Below, in pieces: positions 34,801 to 46,800 of a stretch of 64,000 bases of DNA (the stretch's first letter is position 1; every line of letters begins with the position of its first letter). The stretch comes from Macrostomum hystrix (Eukaryota > Animalia > Platyhelminthes). The position numbers were made by a program, and so were the translations under genes. The notes under the pieces were generated by a model. The model had not been told where the DNA came from. It did not search any database and was given only the letters and a program-made list of their open reading frames with translations. The stretch spans positions 4,154,001-4,218,000 of the forward strand of contig CATNEN010000003.1 in assembly GCA_950097015.1 (NCBI GenBank), read 5' to 3'.

Positions 34801-37800
34801 TGAGAGAGAGAGTTGGAGGGACGGGAGAGAGAGTTGGAGAGACAGTTGAGAGAGAGTTGGAGAGACAGTTGAGAGAGAGTTGGAGAGACAGTTAAGAGAG
34901 AGTTGGAGAGACAGTTGAGAGAGAGTTGGAGAGACAGTTGAGAGAGAGTTGGAGAGACAGTTGAGAGAGAGTTGGAGAGACAGTTGAGAGAGAGTTGGAG
35001 AGACAGTTGAGAGAGAGTTGGAGAGACAGTTAAGAGAGAGTTGGAGAGACAGTTGAGAGAGAGTTGGAGAGACAGTTGAGAGAGAGTTGGAGAGACAGTT
35101 GAGAGAGAGTTGGAGAGACAGTTAAGAGAGAGTTGGAGGGACAGTTGAGAGAGAGTTGGAGAGACAGTTAAGAGAGAGTTGGAGGGACGGGAGAGAGAGT
35201 TGGAGAGACAGTTGAGAGAGTTGGAGAGACAGTTGAGAGAGAGTTGGAGAGACAGTTGAGAGAGAGTTGGAGAGACGGTTTACGAGTACAAAAACCAACT
35301 CACTCAGAGAACACTTGGCAAGATTATTTTTGTGGTTGAAAAGTTATGTTAAAACAGTCAATTCGCTATCCCATTTTGCCTTTAATCATGCTGCCTAAAC
35401 GCACGTCTTTTTTATATTTACAGTCTTGTTAAGCATGTGGCCGGTAAAGTTTTTATAGCATTGAGTTTTAGGCTTTCAAAATAGTCAACGTTTGCGTTTT
35501 TCCATATTTCTGCTAAAGCATGTCCTTTACTAGTTTTGTCTGACTAGAAAAAGCAGAAAAAATGTCGCCTGCTTTTGTCGCATGCCAATCTACCGAGGAG
35601 CATGAAAGAGCATTGTTAGCTGCATGCCAGGAGCGCCTGATTATTTTGGTGAGTTTTTTATTACATTTATAACTTGCTTTCGCAACATGTTCGCAGATTC
35701 GGCTGTAAGTAGTATAGCAGAAATGTCTTCCCTATTTTCAGAGGTTATCGCCGAGCCGGTCATTCAAGAGTCGCCGCCTCAGCTGGTGCAGAAGTTTCCC
35801 TCGCAGATTCGGTGCCCGCCGGGCGCCACAGCCAAACTGGAGGTCCAGATTGGCGGCCACCCGAGGCCAACTTTCGAATGGTACCTGAACGGCAGGGCCA
35901 TTAAGACGTCGAAGAAGCATGAGATCGTGGAGAATCAGAACAGCGTCACCCTGCTGATCTACAACCTGCAGGCTCAGGACGCTGGCGACTATATACTGAA
36001 GGTCCAGAATGACCTGGGTGTGACCACCTGCAAGACACACCTGACTGTAGACCTCCATCAGGCACACATCAATATACCATTCAGTGAACTCAAGCAGAAG
36101 CAGCAGTCGAAGATGACCTTCCACATAGACAGGGTGCCTCTGCAGCAGCTGGTGAACCTCATGTCCTCAGTGGAGTTCAGTCTACGGTTCTTGCGCCCCC
36201 TTGCTGAGCAGTATCAGGTGCCTGAGAACAAGTCCAGCTCCCTCTACTGCGAGGTGCAGTCCGAGCCTCCGGCGCAGTTCAAATGGTTCGTCAACGGAAT
36301 CGAGATCATGCCATCCAATCGGGACTTCAAGGTGCGAACTGAGCGCAACGTGTCCGAACTGACAATAATCCAGCTTCAACAGAAGCCGAACCAGAAAACT
36401 GAACTGGTCGTAGAGGCCGCCACGCCTCGCGGTAAGATCACCAGCGTTGCGCAGGTGGTCGTTTCCAAGGAAGCCAACGAGCTCCAGACGTTCACCTCAT
36501 CGGCTACGATTACACCAACCTTCAAGACGCCGCTACAGCCGGTGATTGTGACGCAGCCGAAGAAAGCAACTGTGCTCGAGGTCGAAGTCGAAGCTCATCC
36601 GCCGGCTGACTTCCGCTGGTTCAAGAACGGCATCGAGATTACGCCGTCGCAGAAGTTCGAGATTCGCCGACCGTCGCAGCACCGCTCTGAGCTGCACATC
36701 CGGTCAGCCGACCTGTCTGACATGGGCCAGTACACTGTAGAGGCCACGTCAGCCATCGGTAGGGCAACGTGCAACACCGTACTGCAGGTCGGTGACGAGC
36801 TGGCTGAGCCTGCATTGCTCACTGAGGAGGTCCGACTGCAACAGCTGTCCGCTCTGCACAATGTCATTCGAGCTCTGAAGCGATCCACCGCTCTGTTGTT
36901 CTGCAGTGTCACAGGAACCCAGGAGCCGGTCAGCTTCCGCTGGTTGGTGCACGGCGAGGAGGTTCAACCGTCGGAAAAATTCGCAATCAAATCGGACGGC
37001 CATCGGTCTGAGCTGGCAGTGCGAAATGTGGACGAGTCGGATGTCGGAGACTATGTGTGCGAAGTGACATCATCGATCGGCCAAGTCCAAGCTGTCACCA
37101 AACTCGAGGTAATCGAGGATGAGACAGCGGGGGCAACTGCGTCAGTGGAGCCCCAGCCCGTGATTGCCTCCGAGGAGTCGCCGGCCTTTGTGGAGCCTTT
37201 GACGGATATGAAGGTTTACGACGGTGACGAGGTTGTACTGAAGTGCGCCGTTACTGGCACTCGTCCAATCAAGGTTGCCTGGTTCCACGACGACAAGGAT
37301 ATCACCAATGCTGAAGATTTTGTAATCAGCTTCGACGAGGAGTCTGGAATCGCCTCGCTTGTGATTGTTGAAGTCTTTCCAGAGGATCGTGGTGTCTACA
37401 AGTGCGTCGTAAAAAATGTTCACGGTAAGTCGGAGACACAAGCCCTCCTTCAAGTTGCTTTGACGGAGCCCGCCGCCGAGGAAGCCGCCGCTCCCATGGA
37501 GACAAGCGTCACCGAGGCCGAGGCCTCAATTGATCAGGTGGATTCAACTCCCATGGAAACTGCGGCGATGGAGGAAGCTGTGCAGGTGCAGCAGGCACCA
37601 GCTGAGGAGCAGCCGGGTGTCCTGGCTGAGTGGCAAACCTGGGAGAAGATTGAGGAAGACGCGGAGGCCACCCTGGTGCCGAAGGAAAAGCGGCTGGACC
37701 AAGCGGAGCTTTTGGCGGCTTTCGACACGCCGTTCGAATTGCCTGCAGAAACCGAAATCGAGACTGAACCCGTGGAAGAGGAGCAACTGGTGTCTGTACA

Positions 37801-40800
37801 GGTGCCGCTTAAAGAGGCGGCCATTGATTTCGATCGCATATTTGGCACAGCAAAGGAGACAGAAGAATCGGCGCCAATGGAGACCGCACCTGAGGTTGAA
37901 GAGGCTCCCGCAACTATGGAAGCGACAATGGCCTCTGAAGCCGATGTCACAGTTATGGCTGAGACCGAAGCACCAGTGCGCACTGACGACGTCAAGGAGG
38001 GCAAACTAGAAGAAGTCATTCCTATGGACTCACAGAGTGTCGACCTGTTCTTTGAAGAGCCCCTGCCGAAAGAAATGCTGGCTGTTACTGGAGAGGATGT
38101 CACGTAAGTCTTGTGCCAGTTTTGTGTGTTTAGATGACTTTAGAAATGCTAGCTTGTATGTATGATGTTAGGTTGTGTAAGACAGCCATAAATGAGTAAA
38201 TCCGATTATATTTGGTGATAACAACGTATACTGTATAAAAAAGTAACTGACAAACTTTGCCACTTATTTCAGTCTCCAGTGCCTGGTCCTAGGCACCCAG
38301 CCAATCGAAGTTTGCTGGCTATTCGAGAACCAAGTCGTGGCTCCGAGCAATCGCGTTCAGATCGAGTACTCCGCTGAAAGCGGCCTGTGCGCTCTAAAGA
38401 TTCACCGAGTAACGCTGCAGGACAGCGGAGAATACGTCTGTGAGGCCACTAATATAGCTGGCACTGACGAGACCTTCTGCGTTCTGACTGTTGCTAGTGA
38501 GTACCTACTTTTTATTTTAAAGGGTGGATTTAAAATTTGTTAAACTTTTGCCTACATACTTGTTGGCACACCTGGAGGTTCATAATTTCCATTTCTGTAA
38601 ACGTGTCACTTTCAGACGCTGAAACTGATCAAACTGAGGTTCTCGACTTTGAAGTCTCTGAGGACGTTGCTGATGCGGAGCTGAAAGCAGCGAACGTTGG
38701 TCAGGAGCGGCAGACTGAGGCTCTGGCCAGCAGTGAGCAGCCTGAGTCGCTGGCCGCACCGCAGCAGGAGACAGTGGACGAAGAGAAAGTTGAGGACGTC
38801 TTGGAAGCGACGCAAGAGATGACAGAGTCTGAGCTAGTTCCCCCAGTGTTTGAGTGGGCCCTTCAGCCCCTGAAGGTTATGGATGGAGAAGAAGTGAAGT
38901 TAACTTGCATCCTGCGGGCCAATCCTATGCCGCTAATGGTTATCTGGTACAAGGACGATGAAATAATCGAGGAGAGCAACGATGTTGAAGTATTTTATAG
39001 CCCAGAGACAGGCGAGTGCGAGCTATGGATTAGCGAAGCCTTCCCGGAGGACACTGGCACCTACAAAGTAGTGGCTGTTACGCCGTACGGCAAGGCTATA
39101 ACAGAAGCAAGCCTCACAGTTGAGCAATACGAATACGTCTCATCAGCTGCGCCGTCATCTCGTGGATCTCTTGGCGAGGAACTCCAAGAGGCTCCAGTGC
39201 CACTACAGGAGGCTGTGGTTGAGGAGGCGCCAGTACAAGAGATTTCCAGAGTGGAAGAAGTTCGAATCGAGAGCTCGCCAGAGGCAGTTACTTCGGCTAC
39301 AGCAGTGGCTGATTCAGTTGAGGTGCTAGCCAGTTCTTCAGTAACAGCTGAAGCTGAACCAACGGAAGACACCAGCGTCTTTGAAGCCGAAGTCTGCGAG
39401 TCGGCTGCGCAGCTGGAGGAGCTGACACTCGATGCAAGAGCTGAAACGACCGAAAAGGCGACTTTGGAAGCCTCAGCAATGCTTGAGCAGGAGGTTCAGC
39501 TAGAGGAAACTGCAGTCGAAACCGAAGCTACTGTGGAAGAGTTCAGTGCCACGTCTGCAGCTGAAGAGGCGCCTTCGCAAGCGGAACAAGAAGCACAAGC
39601 GTTTGTAACTCATGAAATAGAAGAGCAGCAGCAGCTAGACCAAACTGAGGCCGAGATGGCTTCAATCGATGAGCTTCAGGCGCAGACAGAGGAAACTTTG
39701 AACAGCAAGGCAGCACCGATCGTTCAAGAGCCTCAGCAGTACGTCACGCATGAACTCGCAGAGGAGCAGCCGGTAGATTTAGCTGAGGTTGAGGTTGCAC
39801 CAGTTGAGGAACTTCAAGCGGATTCTGAGGAGACTGCGGGCCAGAAGGCAACAACTATTGTTCAAGAGCCGCAACTTTATGTCACACAGGAAGTGGATGA
39901 AGAGGCTCCTGCTGATGTCACTGCCATTGAAGTGGCACCTGTGGAAGAGCATACAGTCGAATCAGAAGACACACAGGACAGCAAAGCCACAAGTACCGCT
40001 CAGAAGGCACAACAGTACGTTACTCAAGAGGTGTCGGAAGAACAGTTTGAGGAGACATCCACGGAGACTGTTCAGGAAAAGATGCCGACAATAGCTGCTG
40101 TTCAAGAAGAAATGTCAGCTGATCAAACCGCGGCTGAGGTGGCCCCAATCAAAGAACTCCAGATTAAATCGAAGGAGACAGTGAAGACTCAAGCTACATC
40201 AACTTTGCAAGAAGCCCAGCAATATGTTACTAAGGAGATTGCTGAAGAAGCACCACTAGATGTTGCTGAAACAGAAATGGCTCCGATCGAAGAGCAAAAT
40301 GCTCAGACAGAAGAAACTGTTGACACTCCTGCAAAATCGGAAGTGCAGGAAGCTCAGCAGTATATCACTCAGGAGGTTGCTGAGGACCAGCCAGAAGAAA
40401 CTTTAACACAAGGACTCCAGGAAAAGGCACCGACGATTGCTGCAGTTGTAGAGGAAACGCTTGAGACTGCTCCAGTATCCACAGTGTCTCATGAAGCTGT
40501 TGCAGCTCAGCCGGTGGAGGTCGAAGAGTCGCGTGCCGATAAAGGCGTACAAATTCAGCCCAGCACGACTGCTGAACAAGAAGAAGCACTCCCAATGGAA
40601 GAGACAGGAGACATCGAGGCAAAGAAGCCGCTGCTCGTAAATGAAGACAAGGAAGAAATTCCTGAAGAATCGCTGGTTGAGCAGCAGCTGCAGGAAATTC
40701 AGGTAAAACCTGCGGAAGAGACAGCGACAATGGATGCGACTTCAGTTGCAAAGGAGAGTCAGCAAGCTGAAGTTCTAGTCGCCGAAAGCGCATTAGATAC

Positions 40801-43800
40801 AGCTGCGGATGCCAGCTTCCAGCTTGAGTCCGAAGCTACAGTCCAGGAAGAGTTTTCCGCTGATTTTACAGCCACGGAGCAGGCACCAGTTCAAGAGATG
40901 AACATAGAAACTGAAGAGGCTCTTAACAATCAAGCAACATCCACTGTCCAGGAAGCTCAACAGTTTGTTAGCCAAGAGATGATTGAAGAGCAGCCGGTAG
41001 ATTTGGCGACTGTCGAGCTGTCTCCTATTGAAGAAAAGCAAGCTGAAACCGAAGAGACACTTAATATCAAAGCAGCAACAAATGTTCAAGAGCCACAAAA
41101 TTACGTCACACAGGAGGTCCTTGAGGAAGCTCCCATCGATTCTATGGAGGCTGAGGTGGCTCCTATTGAGGAACTGGAGGCTCAGTCTCATGAGGAGACT
41201 GTGGCAACACAGCCCGCCGCCATCAGGGAGGAAGCAAGGAAGTTCGTCACGCAAGAAGTCGCTGAAGAAGCACCTGCAGATCTCACTATCGAGGAGGTCG
41301 CGCCAGTCGAAGAAAAACAGGCTGAGACACAAGAGACTCTCGATGCCAAAGCTCAACCGACAGTGAGGAAACCTCAGCATTACGTCACTCAGGAGGTCGC
41401 TGAGGAAGCACCTGCAGATCTCACTATCGAAGAGGTCGCGCCAGTCGAAGAAAAACAGGCTGAGACACAAGAGACTCTCGATGCCAAAGCTCAACCGACA
41501 GTGCAGAAACCTCAGCATTACGTCACTCAGGAGGTCGCTGAGGAAGCACCTGCTGATCTCACTATCGAGGAGGTCGCGCCAGTCGAAGAAAAACAGGCTG
41601 AGACACAAGAGACTCTCGATGCCAAAGCTCAACCGACAGTGCAGAAACCTCAGCATTACGTCACTCAGGAGGTCGCTGAGGAAGCACCTGCTGATCTCAC
41701 TATCGAGGAGGTCGCGCCAGTCGAAGAAAAACAGGCTGAGACACAAGAGACTCTCGATGCCAAGGCTCAACCGACAGTGCAGAAACCTCAGCATTACGTC
41801 ACTCAGGAGGTCGCTGAGGAAGCACCTGCTGATCTCACTATCGAGGAGGTCGCGCCAGTCGAAGAAAAACAGGCTGAGACACAAGAGACTCTCGATGCCA
41901 AAGCTCAACCGACAGTGCAGAAACCTCAGCATTACGTCACTCAGGAGGTCGCTGAGGAAGCACCTGCAGATCTCACTATCGAAGAGGTCGCGCCAGTCGT
42001 AGAAAAACAGGCTGAGACACAAGAGACTCTCGATGCCAAGGCTCAACCGACAGTGCAGAAACCTCAGCATTACGTCACTCAGGAGGTCGCTGAGGAAGCA
42101 CCTGCTGATCTCACTATCGAGGAGGTCGCGCCAGTCGAAGAAAAACAGGCTGAGACACAAGAGACTCTCGATGCCAAAGCTCAACCGACAGTGCAGAAAC
42201 CTCAGCATTACGTCACTCAGGAGGTCGCTGAGGAAGCACCTGCTGATCTCACTATCGAGGAGGTCGCGCCAGTCGAAGAAAAACAGGCTGAGACACAAGA
42301 GACTCTCGATGCCAAAGCTCAACCGACAGTGAGGAAACCTCAGCATTACGTCACTCAGGAGGTCGCTGAGGAAGCACCTGCAGATCTCACTATCGAAGAG
42401 GTCGCGCCAGTCGAAGAAAAACAGGCTGAGACACAAGAGACTCTCGATGCCAAAGCTCAACCGACAGTGCAGAAACCTCAGCATTACGTCACTCAGGAGG
42501 TCGCTGAGGAAGCACCTGCTGATCTCACTATCGAAGAGGTCGCGCCAGTCGAAGAAAAACAGGCTGAGACACAAGAGACTCTCGATGCCAAAGCTCAACC
42601 GACAGTGCAGAAACCTCAGCATTACGTCACTCAGGAGGTCGCTGAAGAAGCTTCTGAAGAAAGTGCAACTGCTGAAGTGTCTCTGGTTGTAGAACAAAAG
42701 GCTAAGGAAGAGGAAACTCTTTATGCTCAAATCGCATCTAACGTAGAAGAGGCTAAGCAGTTTGTCATTCAGGAAGTAGCCGACGAGCAACCCGAAGAAA
42801 CTCTAACGCAAGGTCTTCAGGAAAAGACACCCGCAGTTGCTGCGGTTCAGGAGGAGCTGCCCGCCGATGTCAGTACCTCAGAGGTTTCTGCTGTCGAGGA
42901 AATTCTTGTCGAATCAAAGGAAACTGCAGATGCGCAAGCCACATCAACCATGCAGCAAGCGCAGCAATATTTGACTCAAGAGGTCGCTGAAGATTTGTCC
43001 CTTGAAGAGGCTTCGACTGAATCTGAACAAAAGCGACCAGGTGTTGCTGCAGTTGTTGAGGAGACTCTAGAGACAGCACCAGTGTCTACGGTGTCTCATG
43101 AGGAAATAGTGGCAGCTCAGCCAGTTGAGGTTGAAGAGGCTCGTGGCGAGAAGAGTGTGCAGCTTCAACCAAGCAGTACTGCCGAGCAGGAAGAAACTCT
43201 CCCGTTCGAGGAAGCCGGTGACATCGAGGCCAAGAAGCCGCTGCTGGTGAAGGAAGACAAGGAGGAGGTTCTTGAGGAGTCGCTGGTTGAGCAGCAGCTG
43301 CAGGAGATGCAGTTAAACCCAGCTGAACAAGGCGCCTCGGTGGACAAAGCAACAAAGGCCGCAGCGCAGGAACTTCGAGCAGCTAGTCTCCACGAACCTG
43401 TGGAACAGGAGATGGCTCAGGACATCACAGTGTCCGATGACTCCGACTTCATCGACTCCGACTTTGAGGAAGTTAAGGTAGAGTCAGAGATCGGCCATGA
43501 GTCTGTGACCAAAATGCTATTGGAGCAGCAGAGCCTCTTGCAGATAGCCTGCGTGGATGATTCAGAACGGCTGCAGTCGCTGCCAGAAGCGGCAGGTGAT
43601 CAGCCAGAAGTGGCAGCAGTTGGTGAGATCGCTCGAACTGAAAAGCCAGAGGTCAACGCCGAGCAGCCGGATGTCCTTGAGGCGCCGGCGCCAAAACTGT
43701 TTGTCACTCGAGAGCTGAAGTCTGTTGAAGTACTCGAGACCATGGACATCCTTCTCGAGTGTGCTGTGACTGACCTGCCACAGCTGAGCGTTGTCTGGTT

Positions 43801-46800
43801 TCAGGTGAGGGTTGCGCGGTCTAAAGCAAAACTTTATTACTTTTAACATGTTTGTAGTTGGGGGATTCGAGTCTCTGATTATGCGCATTGTTTAACATGT
43901 TAAATTGCATCCTACCTGCAGAATGAGGCGCCGGTGAATACTGACAGTCGCCACACTGCTGTGTACAATGCCGGCGTGTGCTCACTGCAGATCACTTCCG
44001 CTATCGAAACAGACTCCGGTGTGTACAAGGTGAAGGTTTCTGCAGAGACAGGCGAGACTGTATCGTCAAATGCTGACGTTCACGTCATGAGTAAGTGTAC
44101 TGTTTTCTTTGAGAATAGGCTCACAACGTTAAAAATCTGGCTTCTGCTAGGGATAATTGAATAGTTGGTTTTTATGAGACTCCAACTTACGGTTCCTACC
44201 TCTCCTGAAGCAAAGCTGGGGCCAAATCTCAATTGAAGGTTTGCGAGACTGCGAATTGCACGAGGACATTGTCATAACGGAGCGTCGTATTTTCTACCAC
44301 TGGGACGCCAGGCATCATCGAGAACAGTGCTCTCAATAATGAAACTTTTAATTTCATCTAATAGTATTGTGCTCTGTGATAAGGCAATTTACTTTACTTA
44401 TGTTTCGGTTACTACGGTGCAGCTAAGCACTCTTCAGGGCTTGATGTTCAGGCGTCACTCTATACGCATCAAAAGTAAACCTTACTGTCATCAGTTTTTC
44501 ATTATTTTAAGTTTCGCTTTCTTTAGCACAGAAAATTCTCGAATGTGTGTGCTTTTTATGTAACACGGACCTGTGAAAGTTTCGAGTGCGGCACTATATG
44601 TCCTAATTACGATTATTATGCTGGGTCCGAAAAAAACTGATGGCTGGTGGCAATGCTCGACATAACCGCTGCAACCCTAACAAACCCGTTGCAGTGAAAG
44701 AGCAGCAGCCAGAAGCGCCAGAAAAGGTTCCAGGTATGAGAAAATCTACCGGGATTTCAGAACCCGTGTACACTGCCAAGCTTGCACTTGCATGCTAACC
44801 TGCGAAGCCGCGAAAATTTAGCACACAGCATTTCATGAAGCACGTCTTCAAACTAAAAGATTTCTAATGAATATCTTGCCTGCTTTGGTAGTCACTTGCA
44901 TGCCTGGCCATCAGTTTTTTGTGGGCAGATTAAAGATTAACTAACCCATTGCTCAGAACACTGATTCAACACTGTTATACAATCTTGCGGTTCTGTAGAA
45001 GAGCATGAAGTGAATCCTGTACAGTGTAAGTAGTTCCTTGTGTCTAGTTCTACTCGCACTAATCGGCTCTATCGAATCGTGTGTGTCTGCCTTTCTATTG
45101 CTTTGCTTTTCCTAAATTGTCTCAATGTTTGAGTAGGTTGCATGAGAATATATATTTAAATCGTACCCCAATTCAAAGCGGAAAGTTTGTGAATTTCTGG
45201 CTCAAAATTATTTTCTTTGTTTTTCTGCATTATCTTTTTCGGTATTTTTTACATTTGCAGCAATCTGTAGTTCTTTATCAGGTTCATAACTATACTTATA
45301 ACTGCAGCATGTTTCTATAGCAGCGTACAAGTATTGGTTGGCGTGTCGTTTAATAGTGCTAATCCATCATTTACATAGCTACTTGCTCAAAAATATTAAA
45401 TCAAAGGTACGCACGTATGTAAATTGTTTTTTTTGTCATTCAAAAGACAATAAAAAACTTGTGACTATTTTTTACACATTTTTACATTTTTTAAGACTTA
45501 GGGTAATTTAGATCCTAAAAATTGAGACCGGCCACATGCGACAATCCTTCGAAAGTCAAGACTCGTCTATAGCACCAGCGTGTATTCATAAAAAATCGAT
45601 AATAAAAAACCCGAACACAGAATTGCCGCCAGAGGCTAAGGCCTCCAAGCTGAAACTGTTAATCAGCGACATAGACCCCGGATCTGACTCGTCGCTGCTG
45701 CCAAGTCCCTTGGCTTGGCGAAGTCCGGTGCCCTACGGCTCGCTCAGTGTGACCATCAGTGACGAATTCGATCCGCAAGAGCCTAGCTTTACCCAGCTGC
45801 CTCCAGCGCACGTGAGCGTTGGTTCGGGCCGGCCGCTGCTGTTGCGCTACGCGTTCCGCCCGGCTGACTGCAGAGTAGTCTGGACGTTCGGCGACTCGGA
45901 GCCGCCTGCTGACGCAGAAATTCGCACCTACCGCGAAATCGATGCAGTAGCGACTGAAGTTAATAAAGACGAGGCGGTGACGGTGTTGGAGGTGGCGATG
46001 TCCGCTGGTAGCAGGCACTCTGGTATTTATTGTTGCGAGGTAGCCAATGATCATGGTTACGAGTGCGCTAGGGTCCAGGTGTCAGTTTCTGAGCATGATT
46101 GGGTTTTCAACGATCGTATCGATTGGGACGGTAAGAAAACTCGAGCGGATGAAGCAGCGGCTCACACTAGGCGTGTTCCTAACCTTAATTCCGATTTAAT
46201 TAACGAAAATGCATTATTAATTAAAATAATACAGTGAAGCTAACGAACAAAGCTAACTACATATCGCTAATTGATTAGAAATCGCTGAACTTTATAAGAA
46301 AGTTTCAATTTTGCGGTAAATTTTCCTAATATACACATGCATATAGCCCATAACCTAGATAACTTTCACGTGTAGATTTACGCACACAAGCCGACTGAGT
46401 CGTGAGGGATTGCACTCGGACAAAATCAGTTAACAAAATAGACATCGAATACACGCATACTACTTATTCAAACTGTTCTTCTAATGCTTCTAAAAAACAA
46501 ATTTTGCCCTAAAAAGCCGAAACAATTAAAACAATTAAAAAAGCTTCCTAAAATCCCGAATCCCGAAATCCCCTGCAGAGGAGTCAATGGATCTCTCCGT
46601 CGACGTCTCAGCCAAGCAAGCACCACGGGAGGAGGCCAAACTATCCTTTGATGTTGATGCCGACACTAAAGAGGCACCTGACGACTTGGACTTCAGCATT
46701 AGTGCGGACATTGAGGCTGAAGAGGCGCCCGAACTCGAAGAGGAACCGCTGGCGCCGAGCAAACAACCGGAAGTTGAAAAACGTGAGCGGAAGGTTAAAA

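Noticed and set aside
35697-35704. 8-nt micro-exon (cag|attcggct|gtaagt)
   Set aside because: Not frame-preserving with the phase 1 neighbours, and the flanking introns would be very short.
40793-42790. 665-aa - strand ORF
   Set aside because: Antisense shadow of the 138-bp coding repeat.
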